From Macrostomum lignano (taxonomy: Eukaryota), in NCBI GenBank assembly GCA_002269645.1, contig NIVC01001079.1, positions 124,001 through 188,000 on the forward strand: a DNA stretch of 64,000 bases. Direction: 5' to 3'. Numbering within the stretch: the first letter of the stretch is position 1; each line of letters begins with the position of its first letter. The translations under genes were made by a program, and so were the position numbers. Below are positions 23,801-37,436 of this stretch, in pieces. The notes below the pieces were generated by a model, which searched no databases, was not told the origin of the DNA, and saw only the letters and a list, made by a program, of their open reading frames with translations.

Positions 23801-26624
23801 TCCTAAATTTAGGAATTCTATTTATATCCAGGTTCAAGAATCCTGCCTGTAATCCAAGAATCCCACCCCATCATTTGGCTGGATGTGAATCAACTTTTGT
23901 TTCAGATCATCGCCGCGAGCAAGCGGCCTCGCTCCTCCCTGGCGATGAGCCTGAAGTTCTCGTACGGCCTGACAGCCTGGAAGAACTGGAGTAGAGCCAC
24001 CACGGCGGCTGCCGCCAACTCCGGCACCGACTACGGCTTTGTGCCGCCAGATCCGGCCGAGCTGGACACTCTTGAACTGGCCGACGCTCTGGCTAGATTT
24101 GTCCGAGAAGTTCGCAAGCCGAGTGGAGAAGAATACGCCGCCGATTCAGTCTATTACCTTTGTCTGGGCTTGCAGGGTCACCTGGCTATCGACAGGGGCA
24201 GAGATGAGAACTTCTTCTGCGGTGGGCCAGTGTTTTACGAATTCTGCCACGCTCTGGACGGCGTGCTGGACCGGTGTGTTGCTGCACTGCGTTTGGCTTG
24301 TTCTGGCGGTTCTAGCTAGAGGATTTCAAGTGGGGAACTAGGATATTTTGTTGTTCAGTTGGGACTAACGAGAGTGAGTTCCGGTGGGATAAATGAGAGT
24401 GAGTTCCGGTGGGATTAATGAGAGTGAGTTCCGGTGGGATAAATGAGAGTGAATTCCGGTGGGATAAATGAGAGTGAGTTCCGGTGGGATAATTAATGAG
24501 AGTGAGTTCAGTTGGGATAAATGAGAGTGAGTTCAGTTGGGATTAATGAGAGTGAGTTCCGAGTGGGATTAATGAGAGTGAGTTCCGGTGGGATTAATGA
24601 GAGTGAGTTCCGGTGGGATAAATGAGAGTGAGTTCCGGTGGGATTATTGAGAGTGAGTCCCGGTGGGATTAATGAGAGTGAGTTCCGGTGGGATAAATGA
24701 GAGTGAGTTCAGGTGGGATAAATGAGAGTGAGTTCAGGTGGGATTAATGAGAGTGAGTTCCGGTGGGATAAATGAGAGTGAGTTACGGTGGGATAAATGA
24801 GAGTGAGTTCAGGTGGGATTAATGAGAGTGAGTTCCGGTGGGATAAATGAGAGTGAGTTCCGGTGGGATAAATGAGAGTGAGTTCAGGTGGGATTAATGA
24901 GAGTGAGTTCCGGTGGGATTAATGAGAGTGAGTTCCGAGTGGGATTAATGAGAGTGAGTTCCGAGTGGGATTAATGAGAGTGAGTTCCGAGTGGGATTAA
25001 TGAGAGTGAGTCCCGGTGGGATAATTAATGAGAGTGAGTTCTGGTTGGATTAATGAGAGTGAGTTCCGGTGGGATAATTAATGAGAGTGAGTTCCGAGTG
25101 GGAATATTGAGAGTGAGTTCCGGTGGAATAAATGAGAGTGAGTTCCGGTGGGATTAATGAGAGTGAGTTCCGGTGGGATAAATGAGAGTGAGTTCAGGTG
25201 GGATTAATGAGATTAATCATATAAGAGGGGATCTCAGCCCACTGCATTACCTGACCCTCCCAACCTCGAACCAGCTATACGGCCCGAGTCACTGAGGACG
25301 GCACCCTGGTCTGCCGCATCGAGGAGCTGCACCTGTGGGAGTGCCGTCAGCTAGGATTCCACAGCGCTGACTCGCTGCTGTTTACTCTGTTCTACTTCCT
25401 GACTCGCTACGTCGGGCTGCACACCGCCCAGGAGCACGCCGCGCTCAGCCTGGGACAGTTTGCCCTGGTGCCCGCGCCCGGTGCCGCCAGCACCGACGGC
25501 AGCGGTGGCTCCTTTGCCCTGCGGTTCAGTCCGCAGAGTGGCTACGCCGCCGGCATGACTTACGAGCTGACGGAGGCTGCGGATCCGCTGAAGTGTCCGG
25601 TCAGATTGTTTCAGGTGAGCGACTCGCGGATGGGCTAATACGGGACATTTCAGATGAGGATTTTCGATAATCGGGAAATGGGATCAAGGTTCTCATACCT
25701 GCATGAGGATAACTGGGATTAGGATTATTATATCTACATGGGGATTAGTTCAGGATTATCATATCTACTAGGGGATTAGTTAGGGATTATCATATCTAGA
25801 GGGGGATTAGTTAGGGATTATCATATCTACAGAGGGATTAGTTAGGGATTATCATATCTACATGGGGATTAGTTCAGGATTATCATATCTACAAGGGGAT
25901 TAGTTAGGGATTATCATATCTAGAGGGGGATTAGTTCAGGATTATCATATCTACATACAGGGGGATTAGTTAGGGATTATTATATCTACAGGGGATTAGT
26001 TCAGGATTATCATATCTACAAGGGGATTAGTTAGGGATTATCATATCTAGAGGGGGATTAGTTCAGGATTATCATATCTACATACAGGGGGATTAGTTAG
26101 GGATTATTATATCTACAGGGGATTAGTTCAGGATTATCATATCTACAAGGGGATTAGTTAGGGATTATCATATCTAGAGGGGGATTAGTTCAGGATTATC
26201 ATATCTACATACAGGGGGATTAGTTAGGGATTATTATATCTACAGGGGATTAGTTCAGGATTATCATATCTACAAGGGGTTTGTTAGGGATCAAGCTTCG
26301 ATCATCTGCTCAAAAGAGGACTAGGGAACTGCTTACGGATTATCATTCCCGCTCTCCCAACCCTGGCTTTGTCCTGTGCAGGTTTACCTGGCTAAGCGGC
26401 CGCAATTTCCGGCCACTGTGGCCGGTCCGTCCGAGCCGTTTTACCTGCTGCCGGACAGACAGCGCGCCTGTGAGCCAACCGACCCGGTCTGGTACAGCCG
26501 CGAGGCCTGTCTGTCGGAGGCCGAGCTCAACCGTTGGCTCAATCGGATCAAATGCGTCAAGGAGATTCAAGAGGCCATTATGCACGCCCAGATGCAATGG
26601 AGCGTTGATCCTAATGCTATGTGA
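20848..26624 (+). CDS. woc: ZMYM2/3/4 (WOC)-like protein with DUF3504 domain, ~545 aa from ATG 20848
   Basis: Exons 20848-21141, 22374-22766, 23906-24273, 25275-25614, 26382-26624 are phase-consistent. Motifs: NKSALCRPLSVT, PVPVYAPVP...PVFIPVPVPVP, LKFSYGLTAWKNW, RFVREVRKPSGEEYAADSVYYLCLGLQ, RIEELHLWECRQLG, DPLKCPVRLF, PFYLLP, PVWYS. An AG acceptor just upstream of the ATG means further 5' exons are possible. Confidence 0.9.
21228..22335. repeat. 21-bp minisatellite (ZMYM-like intron 1)
   Basis: Unit ctagagctaactgaactgaca; source of the VSVQLAL pseudo-ORFs. Confidence 0.95.
22925..23810. repeat. ~21-bp minisatellite (intron 2)
   Basis: Unit ctagatttgagcaatcccatc. Confidence 0.92.
24368..25212. 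repeat. ~25-bp minisatellite (intron 3)
   Basis: Unit gagagtgagttccggtgggattaat. Confidence 0.95.
25705..26280. repeat. ~31-33-bp minisatellite (intron 4)
   Basis: Core ggggattagttcaggattatcatatctaca. Confidence 0.92.
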
Positions 26625-26759
26625 GAACTGGCGACTCTTGTTTTCTTTGAAATTCATGCTCAATCATTATTTTTGTTAATCCTTGGCTAACCAGGATTAG
26701 CAGTAATTTGCTATTGTTACCTAGTGTTGCTTCTTGCTAAATGGGAAAAATCATTTGAT

Positions 26760-27470
26760 TACTAGTGTGAATTATTGGTTGCTACAGTGTAAATCACTTG
26801 TAACTATAGTGTGAATAATTGTTCACTATAGTGTGAATCTTTGGTTACTACAGTGTGAATCATTGGTTGTTACAGTGTGTGAATCATTGTTACTATAGTG
26901 TGAATCATTGGTTACTGTAGTGTGAATAATTGGTTACTATAGTGTGAATAATTGGTTACTATAGTGTGAATAATTGGTTACTATAGTGTGAATAATTGGT
27001 TACTATAGTGTGAATAATTGGTTACTATAGTGTGAATAATTGGTTACTATAGTGTGAATAATTGGTTACTATAGTGTGAATAATTGGTTACTATAGTGTG
27101 AATAATTGGTTACTATAGTGTGAATAATTGGTTACTATAGTGTGAATAATTGGTTACTATAGTGTGAATAATTGGTTACTGTAGTGCGAATAATTGGTTA
27201 CTATAGTGTGAATAATTGGTTACTATAGTGTGAATAATTGGTTACTATAGTGTGAATAATTGGTTACTGTAGTGTGAATCATTGGTTACTATAGTGTGAA
27301 TCATTGGTTACTATAGTGTGAATAATTGGTTACTGTAGTGTGAATAATTGGTTACTATAGTGTGAATAATTGGTTACTATAGTGTGAATAATTGTTACTA
27401 TAGTGTGAATTGGTTACTATAGTGTGAATGGGTTACTATAATGTGAATCATTGGTTACTATAGTTTGAAT
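26760..27470. repeat. 22-bp minisatellite
   Basis: Unit tagtgtgaataattggttacta. Confidence 0.93.
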
Positions 27471-28634
27471 CATTTTTTGTAATAGTTGTGGCAATATTGC
27501 TATGTACTCAATCAGTAATACTATGTCATTTTATCTCCGGTTCATTCAATTTTGTTTTTTTTAATCTCCATTGCTGACTTGTCTGTTTCCCTCATTCACA
27601 ATATTTACAACTTAGTTAACTTATAAAATGCATGCAAACCAGTTACTCGTATTGCTTATATAGGCAGCATACTATATTTAAAATTACAATGCAAGCTTTT
27701 AATCAGTAATTCTAATTAAAATAATGTCACTGTGTTTAAACAGTTATCGTCAATTTAATTTTTTAACATGCCAGCATTTGTACAAAACCAACGCCCTAAG
27801 TTTACTAAGCAAACAAATTTTATTTTTGTGTTTCTCTTAATTTTACACACGAAATACTCTATACTTTCTACTACTAGCAGTAGACTGAGTAGTATAATTA
27901 GCGTGTAAGATTGCACTGGGCAATTAGTTAATAGCTGGAGGCGGGGATTCTTCAGCAGCCAATAGCAGCCAGGCCCGGGTCAGTATTGGCTGCGGCCAAA
28001 ATGTTAACAGGGCAAAGTGCGAGGAGGGGGTTCGAGCCATGGAATGCTTTTATATAAGCCATATGCACAGATTTATTATATTATTATTACATATAGAGGC
28101 CAGCAAAAAGCCAAGGGCGGATGTAAAGCTTCCATCTGAGATTTCTGAGGCCATTATTAACAGAAGGTGAATCTGCCTGGCGGCCGAAGCACTACCAGCT
28201 GGTTACTGCTGCTGCTGTATTCTGTTTGTTGACACAACAAACCGGACTTGCGGAGGCCTGCTAACCTCTCCTTACTTGCATAAATAATAGCGGTCAAGAA
28301 GCCCGTTTGCTTCCAGCTCCACTTTTCTTAACCAGCAAACTTAGGAAGACTTTTTTCGACAGCTTTTAATTGGATCGGCTTGCTCTCGACTGCCTGCGCC
28401 TGTTCCCACCAGACTGCATGCTGCACAGATTTTGGGGAATTCGATCCTTACTGACACTTGCTACAGTTGAATAAGAAGCTACCGGATAAGCTGATAAGGA
28501 AAGTTCATCCTGTGGCGCTGAATTGGATCCGCGTTTCATTCAAGTCTCTTAAATTTATCTGGGTAAGTTGCCTGGCGATTCATTTTTGAAAATGGGTTTG
28601 CTCGTTAAAGAGGTGGCAAAACAGGTAAATTTTA

Positions 28635-29022
28635 CAGAGTTGTGTAGAACAGTCCAACAGAGTTGTGTAGAACAGTCCCACAGAGTTGTGTAGAACAGTC
28701 CCATAGAGTTGTGTAGAACAGTCCCATAGAGTTGTGTCGAACAGTTCCATATAGTTGTGTAGAACAGTCCCATAGAGTTGTGTAGAACAGTCCCATAAAG
28801 TTGTGTAGAACAGTCCCATATAGTTGTGTAGAACAGTCCCATAAAGTTGTGTAGAACAGTCCCACAGCGTTGTGTAGAACAGTCCCATAGAGTTGTGTAG
28901 AACAGTCCCATAGAGTTGTGTAGAACAGTCCCACAGCGTTGTGTAGAACAGTCCCATAGAGTTGTGTAGAACAGTCCCATAGAGTTGTGTAGAACAGTCC
29001 CACAGCGTTGTGTAGAACAGTC
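28635..29022. repeat. 23-bp minisatellite
   Basis: Unit gagttgtgtagaacagtcccata. Confidence 0.93.
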
Positions 29023-30454
29023 CCTTTAATTTTCCCTTATTTCTAATTCTCCCTCCTCATCGTTTTTGAACCGAACGCAGTGCTCATTTCTACTTATTAG
29101 CTGTCCTGCAAAATAGTTGGCAGGGCAATTTTCGACCGGGAAATTATCATGGTGCATCTTTTATCTTTCAAGGAGAAAAGAAATTGGTCTCTGCTGGGTG
29201 GAGCAGCTGAAAAAGAATTGACTTCAAAGGGTGCTGCTGGTGGGGTTTTTTTCAAAACCCGCGCTCTCCAGTCTTAATGATAATTGATCCTCGGACTAAT
29301 TAATGTTTCATTCGGCTGCATGGGGATAGCAGCCACTCTCAGATCCTCAGAATTTAACTGCATGGGGACAATTTTCCTCTCCTAAAGGAAGCGACAGTCA
29401 TTGCCTCTACCGGGTATGCATGTATAGATAATCGTTTCTGACACGAGGTTTCTGCGCGTCTTGCCTTCGGAATCTGTGCCCCGGGTGATGATGCAGCTGT
29501 ATACAGAAATTGAAGCCGTAAAAGTATGACATGCATACATGTACTAGTATAATTGTATACACGGTCATTTAAAAATGAGTGGGACATCATTAAAATTAAA
29601 TGATTAATATTTAACTAAATTCGGGGCCTTCATCAACTTCTTCCAGTCCAAGTCTCTGGAAAGTCCTTGGTGGCAGAATCTTAGGCCAGTGGACAGACAT
29701 GCCTCTGGTCCACATCTGTCAATTTCGGCCAACGAAGGAAAAAATGCTAGTCCAGATCTCTAGAAGGTCCTTGGCGGTAAAATTTGAAAGTCAGACTCGA
29801 AGAGCAAGTGCAAGTGAGAATTTAATGGAGCTGTGGATAGACGATGGGTTAGAATTAATTAGTTTAGTAAGCATAAACCCTTCAGAAAGTTAATCTAACT
29901 AATAGAGCAGTCATTAGCTCGTGAGCGATTTATTGTTGCCCAACTAAAAAAGGATCTTTAATTGTTGGCCAAGTCTTCTTCCCCCAGTGTTCAAGTTTTT
30001 GGCATTTTTAAGTTTGGCACTTAACGGAGCGCGGGATGTTTTCTTATAAATTTCTATTTTAGAAGCACTCCAGCGGCTTATAGCTGTCCTTGAGCTCACT
30101 TGGCTTGAGCTTGGCTCAAGTGCCAACGGCTGATGCTGCAGTGGAGTGCAGCTGCTATGCTCTTCATCTTCTTGCAGTTCAGTGGCTTCTTTCTTTTCTT
30201 CTTTTACGCATTATTTCTTTACGGCCGCGCTCGGCGGGTGGGGAATTTCCTGTGCTTTCAATTGCCCAGGAGAAAAACGGTTGGGGGGGGGGGGGTGGCG
30301 GCTGCGGAGACCGCCGCTCCCAACTGCTCAAAGTCAGATTGACAGTCTACAAGCGGAGTTTTGGGGAGGGACGTCAGTCAGCCAATGGCCACAATGGACC
30401 TCCTTTGCTCCTTTGTCTGGGTGTGTGCGAGTGAGTAAATGAGCGCGTGAATTA

Positions 30455-30900
30455 GTGAGTGAGTGAGTGAGTGAGTGAGTGAGTGAGTGAGTGAGTGAGT
30501 GAGTGAGTGAATGAATGAATGAATGAGTGAGTGAGTGAGTGAGTGAGTGAGTGAGTGAGTGAGTGAGTGAATGAATGAATGAGTGAGTGAGTGAGTGAAT
30601 GAGTGAGTGAGTGAGTGAGTGAGTGAGTGAATGAGTGAGTTAGTGAGTGAGTGAGTGAGTGAGTGAATGAGTGAGTGAGTGAGTGAGTGAGTGAGTGAAT
30701 GAGTGAGTGAGTGAGTGAGTGAATGAGTGAGTGAGTAAGTGAGTGAGTGAGTGAGTGAGTGAGTGAGTGAGTGAATGAATGAGTGAGTGAGTGAGTGAGT
30801 GAGTGAGTGAGTGAGTGAGTGAGCGAGCGCGTGAATGAGTGAGTAAGTGAGTGAGTGAATGAGTGAGTGAGTGAGTGAGCGAGTAAGTGAGTGAGCGAGT
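30455..30900. repeat. (GAGT)n microsatellite
   Basis: Direct reading. Confidence 0.95.
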
Positions 30901-30951
30901 TGGCATCACAACGGACTTTTCCATTCTGTCACAACAGCATTTCTACTGTCT

Positions 30952-31265
30952 CTAACTACAGTATCTCCAGTCTGTAACTACAGTATCTCCAGTCTGTAAC
31001 TACAGCATTTCCAGTCTGTAACTACAGCATTTCCAGTCTGTAACTACAGTATCTCCAGTCTGTAACTACAGTATCTCCAGTCTGTAACTACAGTTTTTCC
31101 TGGTCTGTAACTACAGTATCTCCAGTCTGTAACTACAGTATCTCAGTCTGTAACTACAGTATCTCCAGTCTGTAACTACAGTATCTCAGTCTGTAACTAC
31201 AGTATCTCCAGTCTGTAACTACAGTAGCTCCAGTCTGTAACTACAGCATTTCTGGTCTGTAACTG
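30952..31265. repeat. 22-bp minisatellite with internal dyad
   Basis: Unit cagtctgtaactacagtatctc (CTGTA-AC-TACAG). Confidence 0.9.
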
Positions 31266-31849
31266 AACAGACCCTCGACAGTCTGTCACTACAGTGTTTC
31301 AACCATCACAACAGCATATTTTATTACAGCACTCTCTATTGCTGTACAGCACTACAGCACTTCCCCAGCCTGTAAGCTACTGAAATTCGAGGAAAGAAAA
31401 CCCACAGAGACTACGATTTTAGGAAAAAAACCAACCTCTTTCCGAAGCAAATTTAAATCGTCGCAGAAATATTCCAATTCCCATAAAAAAGTCAATCCTC
31501 GAAAAGTGGAAGCTTTTAATGTTACCCAAAATTCTCCCATGTATTCGATGCCAGTTTTTTGGGGCAGGTTCGAAGACTGTGCAGGAACTGCTAATCCAGA
31601 CGCACTAAGGAGGAAGTTCGCGGCTCCTTGTTGCCATGCGGAATTAGAAACATAAAAAACTGCTGCATAAAGCTCGAGAGAAATTAAAAATTAGAAGCTT
31701 CCTTCATCGAATCGCTTCATCAGAGAACCGGGTTAGCAACCGCGTGGCTCGCGGCTGGATTTCGGGTCAAAACGTTTATAGAGGCATAATTCCTTGACTT
31801 CTGTGCATTACTCCTCTCTGGGTTCAGGTATGCCGCTCCGTACGCCCTA

Positions 31850-32570
31850 CTCTCTAATTCCCTACTCTCTGATTCCTTACTCTCTGATTCCCTACTCTCT
31901 AACTCCCTGCTCTCTAATTCCCTACTCTCTAATTCCCTACTCTCTAATTCCCTACTCTCCAATTCCCTCCTCTCTAACTCCCTGCTCTCTAATTTCCTAC
32001 TCTCTCTAATTCCCTCCTCTCTAATTCCCTCCTCTCTAATTCCCTCCTCTCTAATTCCCTCCTCTCTAATTCCCTCCTCTCTAATTCCCTCCTCTCTAAT
32101 TCCCTCCTCTCTAATTCCCTCCTCTCTAATTCCCTCCTCTCTAATTCCCTCCTCTCTAATTCCCTCCTCTCTAATTCCCTCCTCTCTAATTCCCTCCTCT
32201 CTAATTCCCTCCTCTCTAATTCCCTCCTCTCTAATTCCCTCCTCTCTAATTCCCTCCTCTCTAATTCCCTCCTCTTTATTTCTCTAATCTCTAATTCCCT
32301 ACTCTCTAATTCCCTCCTCTCTAAATCCCTGCTCTCTAATTCCCCACTCTCTAATTCCCTACTCTCTAATTACCTACTCTCTAATTACAGGCTACTCTCT
32401 AATTCCATACTCTCTAAATCCCTACTCTCTAATTCCCCATTCTTTAATTCCCTGCTCTCTAATTCTCGACCATTTAATTATCTACTCTCTAATTCCCTAC
32501 TCTTTAACTCCCTACTCTCTAATTCCCCACTCTCTAATTCCCTGCTCTCTAATTCCCTACTCCCTGATTC
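31850..32570. repeat. 15-bp minisatellite
   Basis: Unit tccctcctctctaat. Confidence 0.92.
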
Positions 32571-34214
32571 CATAATGCCTAATTACCTACTTACTAATTC
32601 CTCACTGCCTAATTCCTTAATTCCCTAATGACCAATTCTCTGAGTCACTCATATCTTTCTCTTTAATCTCTATGTGTCCATAAAAAATATCTAAATGAAC
32701 ATTAATTCCTCATTATCTAATGCCACCAAATTCTTCAACTGCTGGTGCCCAGTCCTAATGTTGCTAATTTGTTAGTCATTAAGTATCTTGCTAAATATTA
32801 AAAAAATCATTAACTTCAAAAATAATTTGATAGAACTAATTATTTGGCGGCCATTCATTTGGTGCTTGTGTGCTCAAAAATAATTTTTGGGCCAGCCCCC
32901 CAAGTCACAGAGACTGTACATGCCTCAAACAAAGTCGCATAAAAATCAGCAATCAATTCAGCAACAAAAGAAGCAGCTCTTTCAGTTCTGGGAGCAAAGC
33001 CAGGAAATGAGCAAAGCCCCATTGGAGCGGGTCCCTATGCTCGGCGACCAGCCGAGGCTGTAAATCTTGTGTCTTCTCTCTTCAATATATATTTTTTCAA
33101 TCTAATGCCGTATATAGAATCGTATGGATTAACAATCAGGTTTTATAGTTTCAAATAAAGAACAGCACAGCGCAACCTTATTGTATATAAGGAGGATCGG
33201 GCATCAGGGCTGTCAAATCCTCCTGGTTCTCGTGGTCCCGCACTTCCTTCTCAGCTCAGCTCACTCTCTAGCTTACAGGAGTCCTCTCCCCTTACATCCG
33301 GTAGGCCCCAGGCGGGTGCCCTAGCGGCGCTTCAGCCACCCTTTCCCCCCCCCCTCTCTCTCTCTTTCTCTACACTTTTTTCTCTTTTCTTCTAGCTTGA
33401 AATTCTTCTTTCTAGTTTTCTTTCGCGCCGATAGAAGAGTGTGTAGATGTGAGGGGATTTCCTCTCTTGTAAGCTCCGCAGCTGCGGCACCTTTGTGCTC
33501 CCGGATCCGCTCTGGTGGAGCCGCGCGCTGCGATGGGCAAGGAGATCTTGAAGCAGAATCTGGGTACCCGAACCAGCCCCAAACTTCACAATCCCCAATC
33601 TTCACAACCCACAATCTTCACAATCCACAAATTTCACAACCCACAATCTTCACAACCCACAAACTTCACAACCCCACGCAGTTGTGCAGACACGCAGTTG
33701 GTGGGGCCTTAAAGGAAATCATTGCAACAAGAGCGCGCGCAAGGTCGCCGATCTTGTTTCCGAAAATGGGAATTCAGTTGAAGGGAGCTGGCACTTAAAG
33801 ATCTCCATGGCTTCTAAGCAGGATGGCGCCCGTTGTTAAGCGAGAAGTTTCATGGCCGCAATGAAGACACTGGGAAGGCTGCGGTCTATCACTCACTCAT
33901 CCGGGATCCTGGGGGGGGGGGTGCGATTGCCGGCCATTGAATGGAGAGCTTGGGTCAGTGAAGGCGGCATCAATGGGATCCCGCGGAACACACGGTTTCC
34001 TGAAGCTTGTGTGGCCTCTAGAAGTTCTCTGCTCTTAGCTTGTTTCTTTCTATGATACCCATGATGAAATGGGGGGCTTACTTCTGGTTGTGTTTATCGG
34101 TTTGTAGTCAGAATACACGATTCAAAGAGTCCCATGGATACTCATGGAATGCATCGAAAAAATAGTGCAATTTAATGTAGAATGTTATTCGTTTTTACAT
34201 GGTCGTAGCCAGGT

Positions 34215-35382
34215 GCCCCTTGGTGCTGGCGCCCCTTGGTGCTGGCGCCCCTTGGTGCTAAAGCCCCTTGGTGCTAAAGCCCCTTGGTGCTAAAGCCCCT
34301 TGGTGCTAAAGCCCCTTGGTGCTAAAGCCCCTTGGTGCTAAAGCCCCTTGGTGCTAAAGCCCCTTGGTGCTAAAGCCCCTTGGTGCTAAAGCCCCTTGGT
34401 GCTAAAGCCCCTTGGTGCTAAAGCCCCTTGGTGCTAAAGCCCCTTGGTGCTAAAGCCCCTTGGTGCTAAAGCCCCTTGGTGCTAAAGCCCCTTGGTGCTA
34501 AAGCCCTTGGTGCTAAAGCCCCTTGGTGCTAAAGCCCCTTGGTGCTAAAGCCCCTTGGTGCTAAAGCCCCTTGGTGCTAAAGCCCCTTGGTGCTAAAGCC
34601 CCTTGGTGCTAAAGCCCCTTGGTGCTAAAGCCCCTTGGTGCTAAAGCCCCTTGGTGCTAAAGCCCCTTGGTGCTAAAGCCCCTTGGTGCTAAAGCCCCTT
34701 GGTGCTAAAGCCCCTTGGTGCTAAAGCCCCTTGGTGCTAAAGCCCCTTGGTGCTAAAGCCCCTTGGTGCTAAAGCCCCTTGGTGCTAAAGCCCCTTGGTG
34801 CTAAAGCCCCTTGGTGCTAAAGCCCCTTGGTGCTGGCGCCCCTTGGTGCTGGCGCCCCTTGGTGCTAAAGCCCCTTGGTGCTAAAGCCCCTTGGTGCTAA
34901 AGCCCCTTGGTGCTAAAGCCCCTTGGTGCTAAAGCCCCTTGGTGCTAAAGCCCCTTGGTGCTAAAGCCCCTTGGTGCTAAAGCCCCTTGGTGCTAAAGCC
35001 CCTTGGTGCTAAAGCCCCTTGGTGCTAAAGCCCCTTGGTGCTAAAGCCCCTTGGTGCTAAAGCCCCTTGGTGCTAAAGCCCCTTGGTGCTAAAGCCCCTT
35101 GGTGCTAAAGCCCCTTGGTGCTAAAGCCCCTTGGTGCTAAAGCCCCTTGGTGCTAAAGCCCCTTGGTGCTAAAGCCCCTTGGTGCTAAAGCCCCTTGGTG
35201 CTAAAGCCCCTTGGTGCTAAAGCCCCTTGGTGCTAAAGCCCCTTGGTGCTAAAGCCCCTTGGTGCTAAAGCCCCTTGGTGCTAAAGCCCCTTGGTGCTAA
35301 AGCCCCTTGGTGCTAAAGCCCCTTGGTGCTAAAGCCCCTTGGTGCTAAAGCCCCTTGGTGCTAAAGCCCCTTGGTGCTAAAG
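34215..35382 (+). repeat. 16-bp satellite, ~73 near-perfect copies
   Basis: Unit gccccttggtgctaaa, with a few ggcgcc variants. Confidence 0.97.
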
Positions 35383-35659
35383 AACACATTTGATGAAGCC
35401 AAGTCTTTCAATTTTCTTTGAAAGCAGTAGCCTGAGCCTCGGAGCAAGACGCCAGGAATTATGCAACAAAGCTTCTCCTTTACTATTTGAGCTTGGCAGG
35501 TTCTTTGTGACAAATTTGCTTTGAGTAAATGCTGGCCAAGCTCATCAAGAACATTGCACTGCAGTGCAGTGCTCCTTTCTTTTTAAGGTTTTATAACTGT
35601 CCATCATTTTTGGTTGTTTGTCTCCGTTAATTTTTTTTCTGAATGCGAAACAAAATATT

Positions 35660-36275
35660 ATCTGTCTAACAGGACACTTTTCTGTCTAACAGTATACTTT
35701 CCTGTCTAACAGGACACTTTCCTGTCTAACCGGACACTTTCCTGTCTAACAGGACACTTTCCTGTCTAACAGGACACTTTCCTGTCTAACAGGACCCTTT
35801 CCTGTCTAACAGGACACTTTCCTGTCTAACAGTATACTTTCTTGTCTAACAGGATCCTTTCCTGTCTAACAGGACCCTTTCCTGTCTAACAGGACCCTTT
35901 CCTGTCTAACAGGACCCTTTCCTGTCTAACAGGACACTTTCCTGTCTAACAGGACCCTTTCCTGTCTAACAGGACACTTTCCTGTCTAACAGGACCCTTT
36001 CCTGTCTAACAGGACCCTTTCCTGTCTAACAGGACCCTTTCCTGTCTAACAGGACCCTTTCCTGTCTAACAGGACACTTTCCTATCTAACAGGACCCTTT
36101 CCTGTCTAACAGGACACTTTCCTATCTAACAGGACCCTTTCCTGTCTAACAGGACCCTTTCCTGTCTAACAGGACCCTTTCCTGTCTAACAGGACACTTT
36201 CCTGTCTAACAGGACCCTTTCCTGTCTAACAGGACACTTTCCTGTCTAACAGGACACTTTCCTGTCTAACAGGAC
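35660..36275. repeat. 20-bp minisatellite with internal dyad
   Basis: Unit cctgtctaacaggacccttt (CCTGT-CTA-ACAGG). Confidence 0.95.
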
Positions 36276-36873
36276 TATTCCATGTCACTGCCGTACAGGC
36301 GTTCTCCCTGACTCACAAATTATACAACCAACAACTCACTTGGCTTCTCGGTATTTCATTTCCTCTCGTTAATGCCTTCACTCATATTCCCAACTGCTGA
36401 GATCTGTGGCAGACAACTTCGCAATCAATAATGTCTGTGTATAATCAGCTCACGTTAACTTCATTTGGACAATGCACACTGACTCAGGCTATGCAGATCC
36501 CGGCTTTCCGATTGAGGTGTCAAAACCTTCCTCACATGCAGGTTGATCCGAAATCTCTAAATCTCCATTTCTTGCCGGATTTTACCCCCAAGAATTAGCA
36601 AATCCGGCAGGCTCTGCGGCCTATTGTGTGCCCCAGTGCGATCTGGAAGTGTGAACACCTTGCGTGGACTGCCTGAGAATAAACAAAGGCGGCCATGATT
36701 CTAAAAGCCGCTTAGCACCTCGTCTGGCAACAGTCGCAAACTTATTTACTATGAAAGGGATTAATGATTGAAGCTTGTTGGCTCAACTGCGTGGCTTGAA
36801 TTCAGTGTTAACCTGGTTTGCGAGCGAGTTCGGCGTGACTAAACCCAATGGCAGTGACTCCATAAATAGACAT

Positions 36874-37436
<563 letters not shown>

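Noticed and set aside
28025-28045. GGTTCGAGCC T-loop-like motif
   Set aside because: No A-box, anticodon arm or acceptor stem, so not a tRNA.
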